From: Macrostomum lignano
Taxonomy: Eukaryota
Direction of reading: 5' to 3'
Assembly (NCBI GenBank): GCA_002269645.1
Contig: NIVC01000980.1
Location: 408,412-472,411, forward strand
Length of the DNA: 64,000 nt
How positions within the stretch are numbered: the stretch's first letter is position 1; each line of letters opens with the position of its first letter. Of this stretch, positions 12,462-25,733 are shown in pieces. Both the position numbers and the translations under genes were made by a program. A model generated the notes under the pieces. That model was not told the origin of the DNA. It did not search any database and worked only from the letters and a program-made list of their open reading frames with translations.

Positions 12462-15400
12462 TAGGCCTACAGTATGAGAGCCTATCCACAAGGCATTTAT
12501 CAATTAACAGAATCGTCAGAAAAGTGCAATTTAAACAAGCAGCTTCAGTCAGATATAAATCGATGCAGCTCATATTGTAAATATTGATATTCATTAGAAG
12601 AAGGCGGACATCAAATAACGGAGAAGCCATGTTAGATATCAATTTTTGCATATGTTGCAAAGTGCGTAGTTAGTAATAGATGAAAGAAAGCACTAATATA
12701 ATAAATTTGGGGCACCAAGAAACGCACTGGTATTGGGGGGTTAACAAACGATATTTTTAAACGTGCCTTGGCATCAGGAGGCATTCGCCGCAGGGGGGGG
12801 GGCGAGCGGAGAGAGGGTGGAAACGAAAAAATCTCTTTTAGCCTGTTACCCACGACACTCCCGGATAGAAGGAGATGCGGTTGAAGGAACAGATGCCTGC
12901 AGGCTGGGCGGTTTGGGTGCCGCAACCCCCCCCCCATGTGCGTGCAGTCGGGCCTTTTTTGGGGCTCTGAGGTTTGGCCTGGATTGGTTGTTGGGCAATC
13001 TCGAGGATTAGGGCTTGGGTTGGCGAGACAGGCAGGCATGGAAGGAGAGAGACAGGGGATTTTTATCCCAAAGCGATCGCGGCCTGAGTTTTGTTCACTC
13101 TTTCCTCCTTAGCCTCTCCTCCCCTCACCTTCCCCTCACGCGTACCACCCTGCCCAGACCCTATAGTAACTAAACTAACTGGAAGGCATCTGCGCGGCGG
13201 GCCACAGACCGGGTTGGGAGAGAGCGGGTGGAGCCTGAAGCGTATATAATAATCCTAGCAGCTTTAGGGACAAATGTACTCCCGCAGCCTGAGGGGAGAG
13301 GGAGCAGGCGGTGGGATAGGAATTAGCGTCCACCCAGGCTAAAGCGAGCGGCGTAGGGGAGGCCGAAGCCGTCTTCCTTCCTCCCTTGCCCCTCCTCTGC
13401 GCTCCTTCGTTTCCTCGCTTCCCAAGTCGCCATTTTTGCCGATCGCATTCTCCCCGCACACGCACACAACCGCATACCCCAGGCGCGCATGCAGGCACCC
13501 AAATGCCTGCTCCAAAGCTCCAAAGAACCACGAGGATGCCGGATAGAGCAGAGCCTATACATATAGGGGGAGAGACCGTTTGAATATATTTTTGTGGGCC
13601 ACTGCTGCAGTGAGCTGACTCGGGCTGCGGCTGGTACGGCAAGGGGGAGGGGTGCGGCTGGGAGGCAAGGAAGGGAACCCGTGCCACCCGCTTCCCAATC
13701 TATCCACTGTTCCCAAGCCCAGCATCATCTAGCCTGCTCCATTCTCCAGCCTTCTCCCTCTCTCACTGGTGACTTTCATATTTCAAGCTGAACAGACAAA
13801 ATAGTTTAAAAAAGCCACGACAATAGACAGGCATGTTAGACCCTGATAGAGACTGTTGAGGCCAGGAGCAGCAGAAGCATGACAAGAGACAAACGGGGAC
13901 AGGATCCCGAGCCGCAATCATAGATCTATGTAAAATCTATAGTCAAAAACGGCACAGCCTTGGGCGCACCGAGAATGAAAAGGGATCGGGAGAGAGCTGT
14001 TGGAAGGAAGGGTTTTAAAGCTAGTAAAGCAGCGCGATCCCGAAAACGCGGGCGCTTGAGTCAGGGGAAGGGGGAATGACAAATCCCTAAAAAGGTGGAT
14101 TTTGGCCATACATTGGGGGGGGGGAATGACAAATCCCTAAAAAGGTGGATTTTGGCCATATATTGGGAGGCTATATTCAAGACTGGAGCAGCAAAGTGCC
14201 CTCGCTACTCTCGATATAATGGCATTACACTGGCCCTATATAAGATTTTTCTGCCTAGTTGCAGGGCACATTCAGCCGACGGGGGAAATCTGGGGGAGGG
14301 GAGACTGAATCTCTCTCTATTGGGTAAATACAGAGTCGGTGTAGGGACCAGTTGAACACCCAGGGGGCTATGGTGGAGGGGGGGGGGTAGGAGGGCGACA
14401 AGGACCAGCCAAGTGGAGCAACCAGAATAATAAGAAGAGAAAACTTTTCCCACTCTCCTCTCCCATTCCCTCTCCTTCCCTCTCTCGGAATGAAATTAAG
14501 CGCTGAGCAGGGGGACGGACAGGGGAGAAGGTAAAGTCGCTGGGAGCCGAGCGCTTCACACAGATTTCAGTTGCCTCTCGATCCAGAGTCTGCTTTCCCC
14601 CCCCGCTCTCCCCGCCCCTCGCTTACCCTCTACATTCCAAGAAAACTCCAAAAAGTCCCTCCATTCCCCTCAACCCCCTGCCCTGACGACTTCGGACTTC
14701 AGGCGAGGGGAAAAATCGGCTAGAGAGCGAGGGGGGGACACGGAAGGCTCAAGAAAAAATGTCGGGAATGAGGAAGACTGCGACAGAACAAAATGGGCCT
14801 TCAGCTCAGTGCACTTCGAGTCGAAAAGAGAGAAAAAGGCAAACTGACTCTCGCGGTTGAGGGGAAGGCCCGCTTTTGTGTGCTCTCTCCTCAGAAGGAC
14901 TTTGCACTCCGGTTAACTCATTATCAGCCAGGCTGGAAGTGGGAAGAAAAATTCGCTGCAGAAGAAAAAAGCAGGAGGGAGAGCTTGGAAAAGCAAAGAG
15001 GCGCGGTGGAGCCACGGGACAGTGAAGAGGAGAACTTGGAGGCCATGTGAACTAACTCGGCGTGGGAATTGTCGAAGAGCGAGTGTTCGACGAGTAAAAA
15101 GTGATCGGGATCCGGGAGACGGGCAAAAATAACTGAGTGCTTCCAGAAGTGAAAAAAAATATATACCCCATCCCCTAACAGAAATAGTGTAAGTAAGTTT
15201 CTTAATTCAGTAAGCAGAATTATTTTTAGAAAGATGAAATAAAAAACAAAATTATGGTAAAAGATAAATAAGACAAATTAAATTTCACTTTTTCTAACTA
15301 GATGAATAAAATCGAAAACAGCTAATATGCTGGCATAAAAAATATTGCCATCTAAAGCAAATTTTGACAAATTATAACTAACACATGCAACTGGTACTTT

Positions 15401-17767
15401 CCTTGTCCTCAGACTGTAAAACGTAACATAAATATAAATCAAAACAATGTCATTATTTATGTCATTTGCGACAAATGATGAAGGAATTGCAATAAATTTA
15501 ATTAAAAGCATATTTGTAAACTAAATAGAGATCCTGTTTAATCAGTGCTTCTTTACAACAGAAAAACCTTATGAATAAACACAGTTTCGAAAAATTTACC
15601 ATGAACCCTAATGAAGTCTCTCAAATAAAATACTGAATTACTTCATTTTACTGAGCATTATAAATCTGCTCTGAATAGATTTTTGCTATAAAAAATTCTC
15701 CCAAAACTTTAAATACACATGTAACATCCGACTTTTTGCCTATTTTGCTCCTAAAAAACATTTCAAGTCACTAATTTTATTGCACTCAAAATTAAAAATA
15801 AAAATTTACGAAACTCTCTGGCGTGTAATATTTCTATTGTGTAGTTAGAATGTTCATAGAAGTGTACATGTAGATTTTTATGCCATACTCACGTTAAGCA
15901 AAAATTATATTCGCCAGTTAGTTACGATAACTCTGATACCATATTAAGGTAACATATCTAGATTAGTCAAACGATAAAGCGGTGTGTAAATATATTTCAA
16001 AGACCCGCGACGATATATCGATTGTCGTGTATTTTATCATTGTTGATCATTCAAGCTTACTTTAAAATACTTTAGCAATGAGGAAATTGGCAACTGACGT
16101 AATTTATCCGTATACTACCAAATAAAAACATGCTGGCAGTTTTTTGTTTTAACCGTTTTCTACCACGGTGTTTGGACTTCTAAACTTACGAGCTACATAG
16201 AAAATAAAAATAATGTATTATATTATATCCCTCAATCTCTCTAAATTATTTTAACTCGCCTTTAACGTGCCTAGTTCAGAGCTGAATAAGCCATATCTAG
16301 AAAGCCTGCATTAAAACTTAAACCTATAAAACTTAAAAATTAAAACTTTTTATGATGTGACAACGGTCTGGGTGGCCCTGCTAAAATTTGTATAATCTTA
16401 AAATTTATTTCTCCCTTGTGCGCCCATGTCTAATACCAACCTGCGGCCTCTCTCCCGATGATTCATCGGATGACCCTACGTCCACCCACTCTTTTGTCAC
16501 CATTCCAACCTCCATGTTATTACTCAATAGCCAAGCGGAACGCACCCAGCCAATTGAAGCCCCATTTGTGTATTTAAGCCATTTTTCGCTGTCCCGTGAC
16601 CTCCAAATTGAATCACCTTCTAAGCGTCCCATTTTATTAGCCAATTTATTGGCTAATAAATTGGACAGTGTTCGCGCTCACTCATAACTTCCCTGCCAGT
16701 ACAATAATCGATTCTAGCTTTCCACCCCATTAGAATTAGTGATTTCTGCTATTGACTTTCTATTGAATTCGAGGTCAGCTGGTGGTACGTCATGTTGGCA
16801 GCAAGGACCTGTTGGTACTAAGTAATAACATTCAATATATGATTATTACAATGCTGTGAAACATAATTAAACCCTCAAAAGGCATACAAATTTTGAATAT
16901 GGCTACATAATTATTGGCTTAGTGAAGAAAGCGAGTAGCAGAGAATTAAAAAATATGGTTGCACGCATATGGCGCACAGGCAGACAGACACAAAGCGTAC
17001 GGAAAATCAGCCTTTAATTTTTTCCGTTGTTCGTGAGTGCCGAGTCCTTCTACTACAGTGGTCCTTGGTTGGCAGTAGGCTAGAACCGTTCTAGCTGAAG
17101 TCGGCGCCCAGGTGCGAGAGAGCGCACGATGCACGTGATATACAGCACTTAGCGGTTGGGAATGTAACAGTCTCTAGTGGCACGTCATGATATCGTAGTA
17201 TCCGCCAGTTGGGGACTTTGTGCAGGATTGACTCTTGAGAGATTGGCCCCGGTGTGATATTGGCGTCGCAAAAGGCGGAAATCAAGATAGCGACACTGCT
17301 TAGGCGTCATGCAATCGGGCCGGGAGTCACCACACTAAGCAGAAGACTATTCAACAGAGGATCCTTTGTGCCGTGATTGGCGAAGGTACTAACGTGCTAC
17401 GAGATTGCTAGACCACTAAGAGTAATGAGGGAACGTGTGAACTTTATGGTTTTCAGGTGCGCAGTGCGAGAAGAGTCCTGTTCACAGCCTGACAACTTCC
17501 CCATGCTTGACCGCCAAGGAAGTCATTAGGATTGAAATGAAGAAAAATAAGGGATTTTGTGATTTAGCAGCGCAATAACAAATAGGAATCATCCGGTTGA
17601 TAAGATCATTATGGGATAAAAAATACCCAGTTTTCAATTTAACTAGGGTCTAAAGGTCGGTCACGTGACGGCTCACGTGTTGCCATGACTCCGTATCCTT
17701 GAAGAAAAACGAGGATTGACGCATTCAGGTAGCCAATGACGCAATTGCGGGAGTCTTGGTAAATATA

Positions 17768-18400
17768 TACTCAGCAACAGTCAAAAGTTCCACCCACCCT
17801 CCAAGCGAGATTAAAATTTGCTCACTTATTGCGACAACTTCTCACTCACAATTCTACCCTCCAGTTACGCAACTAAGCCGCCACGAGGAAGGGAAAGTTG
17901 ATTGAATCAGTAATAAACGTTTAGTCGTACAAAATCAGAACAGTTTTTATGCATGCAATATGCAGTTAGAATCGCGATGCTTAGTACCGCGTGTGGGATC
18001 CCCTCGCACGCAGAACTGCGGATGAGGATGAGGATCAGGATGAGGCGGCGCAGAAAGTCCTGGGGAAGCTGCTGGCAAGCGTTTTCAGTGGCATGACGCA
18101 GCTCCGCAACATTCTGTGGTGGATTCTCTTTTCGAATGCTGCGTTTTAGGAAGTCCTAGACATGATTCATGTCTGGGGACCGGGAAGGCCAGCGCAGAGT
18201 GCGCAGCTGCAGCTGTTCTTTCAGTTGACTAACAGCATCGGCTCGGTGTGGCGGCTTTTGTTTTGTACCATGCGTTATGCAGTCCCAAGCCACCCCCAAG
18301 TTTCAATAAGCTTCGCGTTTGCCGGTAAGTTGCGTCTCTCGCAATAAGCGAGAAAAAGTCATCTTGCTTGGAGGGTGGAACTTTTAACTGTTGCTGAGTG
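17768..18400 (-). mobile_element. Internally deleted Tc1/mariner element with TA target duplication and transposase remnant
   Basis: TIRs TA|tactcagcaacagtcaaaagttccacc.. and ..ggtggaacttttaactgttgctgagtg|TA. The minus strand encodes LRWPSRSPDMN..HV*DFLKRSIRKENPPQNVAELRHATENACQQLPQDFLRRLI, the Tc1 C-terminal WPxxSPDxNPIE region. Confidence 0.85.
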
Positions 18401-19365
18401 TAATTCGTACATTTAGGGGGTCAGAGAACAAAAGAAGAAAATTAAAAACAATAGGGGGGGGGGGGGTTATATTAAAACAGGAGCAGGAAATGTTGGGGGA
18501 AGGATTGAGTTGATGGAGATGGGGTAAAAGCCGCGCTCGACCCAACGGCCAGATTCCTACGCGCTTGAGCCCCCAGCCTGAGTAGTGCAGGTGCCGCCAG
18601 AAACAAAACTTTAAAGGTCGTAATTAAACAAAACAAAGATAGACTTTTCGACGATGTGAAGTTTCAAGCTCGGGATATTTCGAAAGTTGCGAAGGCTGTT
18701 TACGAACTTACATGCGTGTACTGCCCCAAGTTAAGAAGGCAATGCAGGGATCGGACCCACACGCGGTCAACGAAAAATCGCGTGTTACTCGGAAAAAGCG
18801 AACAGCTCAACTCCAATCAAGCAAACGAACGCGCCAGCCAGGTATGGAGAGATTCAGGAAGGAAACTGGCGTGGAGCCAGATTGATTCCAACAGGCAGGG
18901 AGAATGGAATGCTCCGCGGGATGTCTTTTTGTGTAGCCAGCTAAGTGAAAGTTAGAGGATCGGCCTTCCCCGATCGCACAGCCAAAATCCCCCGCACAGA
19001 TTTTTTTAAGTGTAAATATGCCGCCGAACTGAATAAAGCCCTGCCTACCTGCAGGCTGGCATGGCCAGCCAGCAGCTTATTTGATGAGGCAACATATACC
19101 TTATCAATCCTGCGCCATCAGGCCTTTCCCTCCTGGCGCACGTGGCTTCCAAACTCGCTGCTCCGGAAGGCGGTCCATTTAGAAGTCACTTTTTTCCTCT
19201 CACTCCATCTCCACGCGGTCCGGCTCAAACTAGCGAGTCACGACATGAGCGCGCACAGTCAGTGTGACGCACTCGGATCCGGGATCGGGTCTGAGTGGCT
19301 TATTGCACCGGCGCCATAAGGCCACACACACGAGCTGGCTCAACTTTCCATCTTTTTCGATTCGG

Positions 19366-19372
19366 TATAAAA
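19366..19372 (+). promoter_or_regulatory. Candidate TATA box of the homeobox gene
   Basis: tataaaa ~95 bp upstream of ATG 19462 in a GC-rich context. Confidence 0.45.
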
Positions 19373-19461
19373 CGCCGCGAGCTGGGCCTTTTCACTGGCT
19401 CAACAGGTTGTAGAGTAAATAAATCTATTTGAAATTCGAAGCTAGAAACTCCAGTTTGTCG

Positions 19462-22411
19462 ATGGACCAGCAACAGGAGCAGCAGCAGCAGGAATGGCCG
19501 CAACTGTTGGACAACTGCTGTACCGACGGGTCTTTTCCATTGTCTGCAGGGATGTTTGCAGGCGTTGACACAAGGGAAGACAGTTCGACAACTGCAAACT
19601 TCCCGCAGCAGCAGCAACAACAACCGGATCCGACCTCGGGATCAACAAGACGTCGACGACGAACGACCTTCAGCCATCAGCAGAAGCGAGTGCTTCGCGA
19701 CGCCTTCTTCAATTGCAATCGCTACCCACCGCAGGCGGTCGTGCAAGACCTGTCAATGCGATTGGAACTGGACTGCAAGATTATTGAGACCTGGTTCCAG
19801 AATTACCGGTTGGTATTGAAAATTTTTACATATACGAGTCCGCACGCTTGTATAAGGATACCGAACACAAAGGTCTTATAGACTCGCGCCCGATAAAATG
19901 AATGTTCTAGTCAGGGGCGTCGCCCCTGGGGGGGGGGAAAGTCATGGACGTGTCCCCCCCCCCCCAGTAAAAGCTATGGGGGGACACGCCAATGCTTTGT
20001 TCCCCCACCCCACCTTGTTACCCGTTTTGGAAATCAGTAATTTTGCTTTAGGGCAACCAAAAAATAGCGCCTGCGGCGCCAAAATGAGTGCCTGCCAAAG
20101 CCAAGAATTTTTTACTTTGTCCCCCCCCGCCATAAAATCCATGGCGACACCCCTAATCCTAATAAGTAGAGTTATATTTCTCACGAATTACCCATTAGAA
20201 GGAAAACTCAACGGACTTATATGTCATAGGTCAATAAAGTGTGTTTACCATACGTTACGCATGCAACTTACAGTAGCAAAAACCGTCAAATCTGCATGCA
20301 GGTCGAAGATGAAGCGAGAAAATCCCGAGGAGCATCGCCACTGGGTGGAGACGTCTCTGCGTCGGGTGTGCGGAGTGCAGCAGCTCGAGCCGACGCCGCC
20401 GCCGCCACCGCAGCAGCAGCCGCCACCCAGCCCGCCAAAGCGAAAAAAGTCGAGCAGTTCAACCGACAATGGCGTGACAATGACTATGATGACGGCTCAG
20501 CCATCTTTGCCAAAGATACAGAAGCAGCAGCAGCAGCAAGTGGAAATGACAGCTGAGTTAGCCGTGGCTCCAGTAGAGTCTGCCGCTACAGGCAGTTACA
20601 CCTGCGACTGCTGCTGCTGCAGTGGCACTTGCTGGAGAAGCTCAATGGCCCCAGGAGCTTTTGGTGAGAAAAGTCATGGATCTCAAACTGTCAATCTCTC
20701 TAATGAGAACATTATATTCCTAAATACGCAATTGAAGCTCTCTACCATACGGTCGCTATAAAAATGGAAAATCGGTTTAATCGAATGAAAGCTGATTTAG
20801 GAAATATTTGTTTTTTGCATGCAGAATTGGAGTGATTCAACACCCGATTTTTAGTACGGAGTCACATCACAAGCTCGAAAAATCACATCGTCAAAAAGCA
20901 GCCACCAACACAAGCTCGAAAAGGGTTCGGGTTAGGGTTAGGGTTAGAGCTCTTGCCTTTTCGAGCTTGTGATGGTGGCTGCTAAACTTTTCGACGATGT
21001 GACTTTTTGAGCTTGTGACGGAGCCCTGTTTCGACGATGTGATTTTTCGAGCTTGTGACGGAGCCCTGTTTCGACGATGTGATTTTTTGAGCTTGTGACG
21101 GAGCCCTGTTTCGACGATGTGATTTTTCGAGCTTGTGACGGAGCCCTGTTTCGACGATGTGATTTTTCGAGCTTGTGACGGAGCCCTGTTTCGACGATGT
21201 GATTTTTTGAGCTTGTGACGGAGCCCTGTTTCGACGATGTGATTTTTCGAGCTTGTGACGGAGCCCTGTTTCGACGATGTGATTTTTCGAGCTTGTGACG
21301 GAGCCCTGTTTCGACGATGTGACTTTTTGAGCTTGTGACGGAGCCCTGTTTCGACGATGTGATTTTTCGAGCTTGTGACGGAGCCCTGTTTCGACGATGT
21401 GATTTTTCGAGCTTGTGACGGAGCCCTGTTTCGACGATGTGATTTTTCGAGCTTGTGACGGAGCCCTGTTTCGACGATGTGATTTTTCGAGCTTGTGACG
21501 GAGCCCTGTTTCGACGATGTGATTTTTCGAGCTTGTGACGGAGCCCTGTTTCGACGATGTGACTTTTTGAGCTTGTGACGGAGCCCTGTTTCGACGATGT
21601 GATTTTTCGAGCTTGTGACGGAGCCCTGTTTCGACGATGTGATTTTTCGAGCTTGTGACGGAGCCCTGTTTCGACGATGTGACTTTTTGAGCTTGTGACG
21701 GAGCCCTGTTTCGACGATGTGATTTTTCGAGCTTGTGACGGAGCCCTGTTTCGACGATGTGATTTTTCGAGCTTATGATGTCGTTAGTACATACAGTATG
21801 CGCCTTCCTTATGTCCCAACGTAGAGTACGACGCGAAGCATGAAAAAATGAAATTTGATGCCGGAAACCCTTCAGGTGAAGGCTTATGATTCCGAAATAC
21901 CAACTACGAGATGTGCAACCGACAGCTCAGCCGCAGCTATTTCTTGGTTGCCACACACACCCTCAATTACCCCAGCTAATGATGGCACCCATTTTACAGC
22001 TGGGTGAACTGAAGCAATGCAGAGTTGAGTGTCTTACTCAAGGACAAAAATTGTTACAGTGGGATCGGGAATCGAACCTCCCCACCTTTAAGTCGTGAGC
22101 CCGACTCTCTAATAACTAGGCTTCACCCTATAGAAAGTCTTTTTCTAACTCCTGAAGCACTCGAAAATCAAACCCGACATCCAGAGGCCACCGGAGTCGG
22201 AGACTGGAATTGGAACTCAACGTCATCAAACGGTACAGCGCGGACAGAAACTCATGCGGTGAACTGCTGCGATTGCCGCTGGTGCTCAGAGGCTGTGGGG
22301 CTAGCGCCAAACTCTGCCGGGACGTACCAGCTGCAGCATCAGCAGCCGATGGAGTACGGACAGGCTCATGCTGCTTCATCATTCCATACCGGATGGAATG
22401 CGAGCGGTTGA
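19462..22411 (+). CDS. Divergent homeobox protein (PRD-like, Q50); exons 19462-19808, 20302-20663, 22185-22411
   Basis: RRRRTTFSHQQKRVLRDAFFNCNRYPPQAVVQDLSMRLELDCKIIETWFQNYR|SKMKRE; the splice CG|gttggt..gcag|G restores helix 3; TTTG|gtgaga..ccag|AG joins the last exon in frame; polyQ/P tracts. Confidence 0.8.
19912..20155. mobile_element. hAT-like MITE (~245 bp) in homeobox intron 1
   Basis: TIR caggggcgtcgcc / ggcgacaccccta; degenerate 8-bp flanks gttctagt / atcctaat. Confidence 0.65.
20858..21783. mobile_element. Foldback-like non-autonomous element: inverted repeat around a TTAGGG loop followed by a 40-bp tandem array (~19 copies)
   Basis: 20862-20923 is the inverse of 20956-21015, with loop gttcgggttagggttagggttag; array ttcgacgatgtgatttttcgagcttgtgacggagccctgt; flanked by ttagtac at 20851-20857 and 21784-21790. 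Confidence 0.7.
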
Positions 22412-22761
22412 AACGTTGAATTAAACTTACATGTATGTCTGCATGGTAACAGACTTGATCTTTATTTATTTATCGAATGTTAGCGAAGTTTCCTAAACTG
22501 GTGGAACTCATGTAAGAAAGTTCTATCTTTATATAAACGCAATTAGTGGTTAGCGACCGTGAACTGAGCAGCATAAAAATACTCAATAAAATTTGGTTTA
22601 GATTAAGTTTTTAAACAGCTATGTAAACTTTCATACAATTAAATGTACCTGCTATTTACCACATGAATTCTTTTTTTTAGCTTCTTTGTGGTGCGGATAT
22701 CTTATTTTGTTTTATTTGATTTGCAATTGCTGATTCAACCTGTTGTCAGGACTTTAGAAGC

Positions 22762-23655
22762 TTCTGAGCAGTCTGAGTAGCTAGTGGGTCTCTGAGCAGT
22801 CAGAGTTGAGTCTCTGAACAGTCTGAGTAGCTAGTCGGTCTCTGAGCAGTCAGAGTTGAGTCTATGAACAGTCTGAGTAGCTAGTGGGTCTCTGAGCAGT
22901 CAGAGTTGAGTCTATGAACAGTCTGAGTAGCTAGTGGGTCTCTGAGCAGTCAGAGTTGAGTCTATGAACAGTCTGAGTAGCTAGTGGGTCTCTGAGCAGT
23001 CAGAGTTGGGTCTATGAACAGTCTGAGTAGCTAGTGGGTCTCTGAGCAGTCAGAGTTGAGTCTATGAACAGTCTGAGTAGCTAGTGGGTCTCTGAGCAGT
23101 CAGAGTTGAGTCTATGAACAGTCTGAGTAGCTAGTGGGTCTCTGAGCAGTCAGAGTTGAGTCTATGAACAGTCTGAGTAGCTAGTGGGTCTCTGAGCAGT
23201 CAGAGTTGAGTCTATGAACAGTCTGAGTAGCTAGTGGGTCTCTGAGCAGTCAAAGTTGGGTCTATGAACAGTCTGAGTAGCTAGTGGGTCTCTGAGCAGT
23301 CAGAGTTGGGTCTATGAACAGTCTGAGTAGCTAGTGGGTCTCTGAGCAGTCAGAGTTGAGTCTCTGAACAGTCTGAGTAGCTAGTGGGTCTCTGAGCAGT
23401 CAGAGTTGGGTCTATGAACAGTCTGAGTAGCTAGTGGGTCTCTGAGCAGTCAGAGTTGAGTCTCTGAACAGTCTGAGTAGCTAGTGGGTCTCTGAGCAGT
23501 CAGAGTTGGGTCTATGAACAGTCTGAGTAGCTAGTGGGTCTCTGAGCAGTCAGAGTTGAGTCTATGAACAGTCTGAGTAGCTAGTGGGTCTCTGAGCAGT
23601 CAAAGTTGGGTCTATGAACAGTCTGAGTAGCTAGTGGGTCTCTGAGCAGTCAGAG
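22762..23655. repeat. 50-bp tandem minisatellite, ~18 copies
   Basis: gtctgagtagctagtgggtctctgagcagtcagagttgagtctatgaaca. Confidence 0.97.
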
Positions 23656-24167
23656 TTGGGTCTATGAACAGTCTAATTAAAAAGTAAACTGAATTAAAGT
23701 TATTCAGTCCAATTAAAGTAAATTTATAATTCAATACTGTATTAAGACCTGTGTAAATTTAGTAATTAAAAGTTGATATTTACAGACGGATAGATGCCAA
23801 GTGCATACATGTAATACGCACAAAATTACGAGATTACACACAAGAAAACTGTCGAAAATAGTTCATGAGAACAGCAAAATATTTGAAACTTGGAATAATC
23901 TTTAAAAAACGATCATTAGCATCTGCTGTTCACAGCTAATGAAGCATAGTAAAACTTGTATACAAGTACAAGTGAGTAATCAACAGACCACTATAATGCG
24001 CTCGCAACTAGCTAGATGGGCCACTCAGCAAAATTTAGCGTGTAGCCTACTTTCAGTCTAGTAGTAAGTTAAATAGAAGCATTATATTCTAGGTCAACCT
24101 CAGCAGAACCCACCAACCGCGTCCTTTCACCCTAAAAACCCACCCGCTACCCCCCCCCCCAATTTTT

Positions 24168-25733
24168 GGGATAGCGACGTTTGCCTGCGGGACGTTTGCC
24201 AGCCGACGTTTGCCTGCGGGACGTTTGCCAGCCGACATTTGCCAGCCGACGTTTGCCAGCCGACGTTTGCCAGTGGGACGTTTGCCAGCCGAAGTTTGCC
24301 TGCCGGACGTTTGCCAGCCGACGTTTGCCTGCGGGACGTTTGCCAGCCGACATTTGCCAGCCGACGTTTGCCAGCCGACGTTTGCCAGCGGGACGTTTGC
24401 CAGCCGAAGTTTGCCTGCCGGACGTTTGCCTGCCGGATGTTTGCCAGCCGACGTTTGCCTGCCGGAAGTTTGCCAGCCAAAATTTGCTAGCCAATAAAAA
24501 GCCAGTCAGTGAAAAATTTGATACTGAAACATTCGCAGTTTAGCGGTTTGACAAAAACCGTTTTCACTCCAACTTTTTGACGGTCATTCGCATATATACA
24601 AGTTTGAAAGCAAAATATATAAATTATGCAGTTCATCAGTCTAACGTCTAATATCTAGTTTAACAACGATTTTGGCACAACATATCAAAAGATGAACATT
24701 GGGTTTGCCTCGTATGAAAGCAATAACAATTGTTGTGCTGAAAAGATGAAAACTTCCTATCTCCCTATGGCCTTCAAAACATTTTTCATAGATTTCGAGT
24801 GCTGCGTACTTCTACTTTAGTAGTCCTTGGCATGACTAAGCTTTGCATACGTAGTGTCTAGCGCTTGCTATTCTACTAGCTTGCTACTGGCGGCTTGTCT
24901 GGCTATTCAGCTATATAGCTTACTATAAAAACGTACCGCATTCGACTCGTCTACACATGTACGTTGAGATCGCGGTTTCCTTGCTTACTTGAGTAGTAAT
25001 ACAACAGCATTGGAATCAATTTGCTTACTTTTAGATCTCCCAATGAACTGAGAAATATATGAGCCAGAATTACCACTCAGCAGCTCTTTTTGTTTGCTTC
25101 ATAACTTAATCGCTGGAGATTCCCGTTTTAATCTGCGCGTCTTCTTTCGCACATCAAAAATCAAACATCTCAAACTGGGAAAAACGATACACAATTGTCA
25201 AAAGTAAACAATATTTTCACATTCAAAGAAAATCGTTGTTAAACTGGATATTAGATGTAAATCTATATAAATTGCATAATTTATATAGATTTTGCATAAA
25301 TTGCATAATTTATAGATTTTGCTTTCAAACTTGTATATATGCGAATAACCGTCAAAAAGTTGGAGTAAAAACGGTTTTTGTCAAACCGCTAAACTGCGAA
25401 TGTTTCAGTATCAAATTTTTCACTGACTGGCTTTATATTGGCTAGCAAATTTTGGCTGGCAAACTTCCGGCAGGCAAACGTCGGCTGGCAAATGTCGGCT
25501 GGCAAATGTCGGCTGGCAAATGTCGGCTGGCAAATGTCGGCTGGCAAACGTCGGCTGGCAAACGTCGGCTGGCAAACGTCCCGCAGGCAAACGTCCGGCA
25601 GGCAAACTTCGGCTGGCAAACGTCCCGCTGGCAAACGTCGGCTGGCAAACGTCGGCTGGCAAATGTCGGCTGGCAAACGTCCCGCAGGCAAACGTCGGCT
25701 GGCAAACGTCCCGCAGGCAAACGTCGTAGACCC
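24168..25733. mobile_element. Foldback DNA transposon (MULE/Merlin-like), ~500-bp TIRs built from 15-bp repeat arrays, 8-bp TSD CAATTTTT
   Basis: GGG..CCC termini; caattttt at 24160-24167 and 25734-25741; tttgccagccgacgt arrays in opposite orientation; unique TIR parts 24480-24672 and 25228-25450 are reverse complements; no transposase ORF inside. Confidence 0.85.

Noticed and set aside
17095-17115. ggcgccc as an LTR primer-binding site
   Set aside because: Lacks the TGG start and a clear adjacent TG..CA LTR; no partner LTR seen.
20925-20946. TTAGGG as a true telomere or fusion scar
   Set aside because: Only ~3 units, in the loop of an inverted repeat inside an intron.
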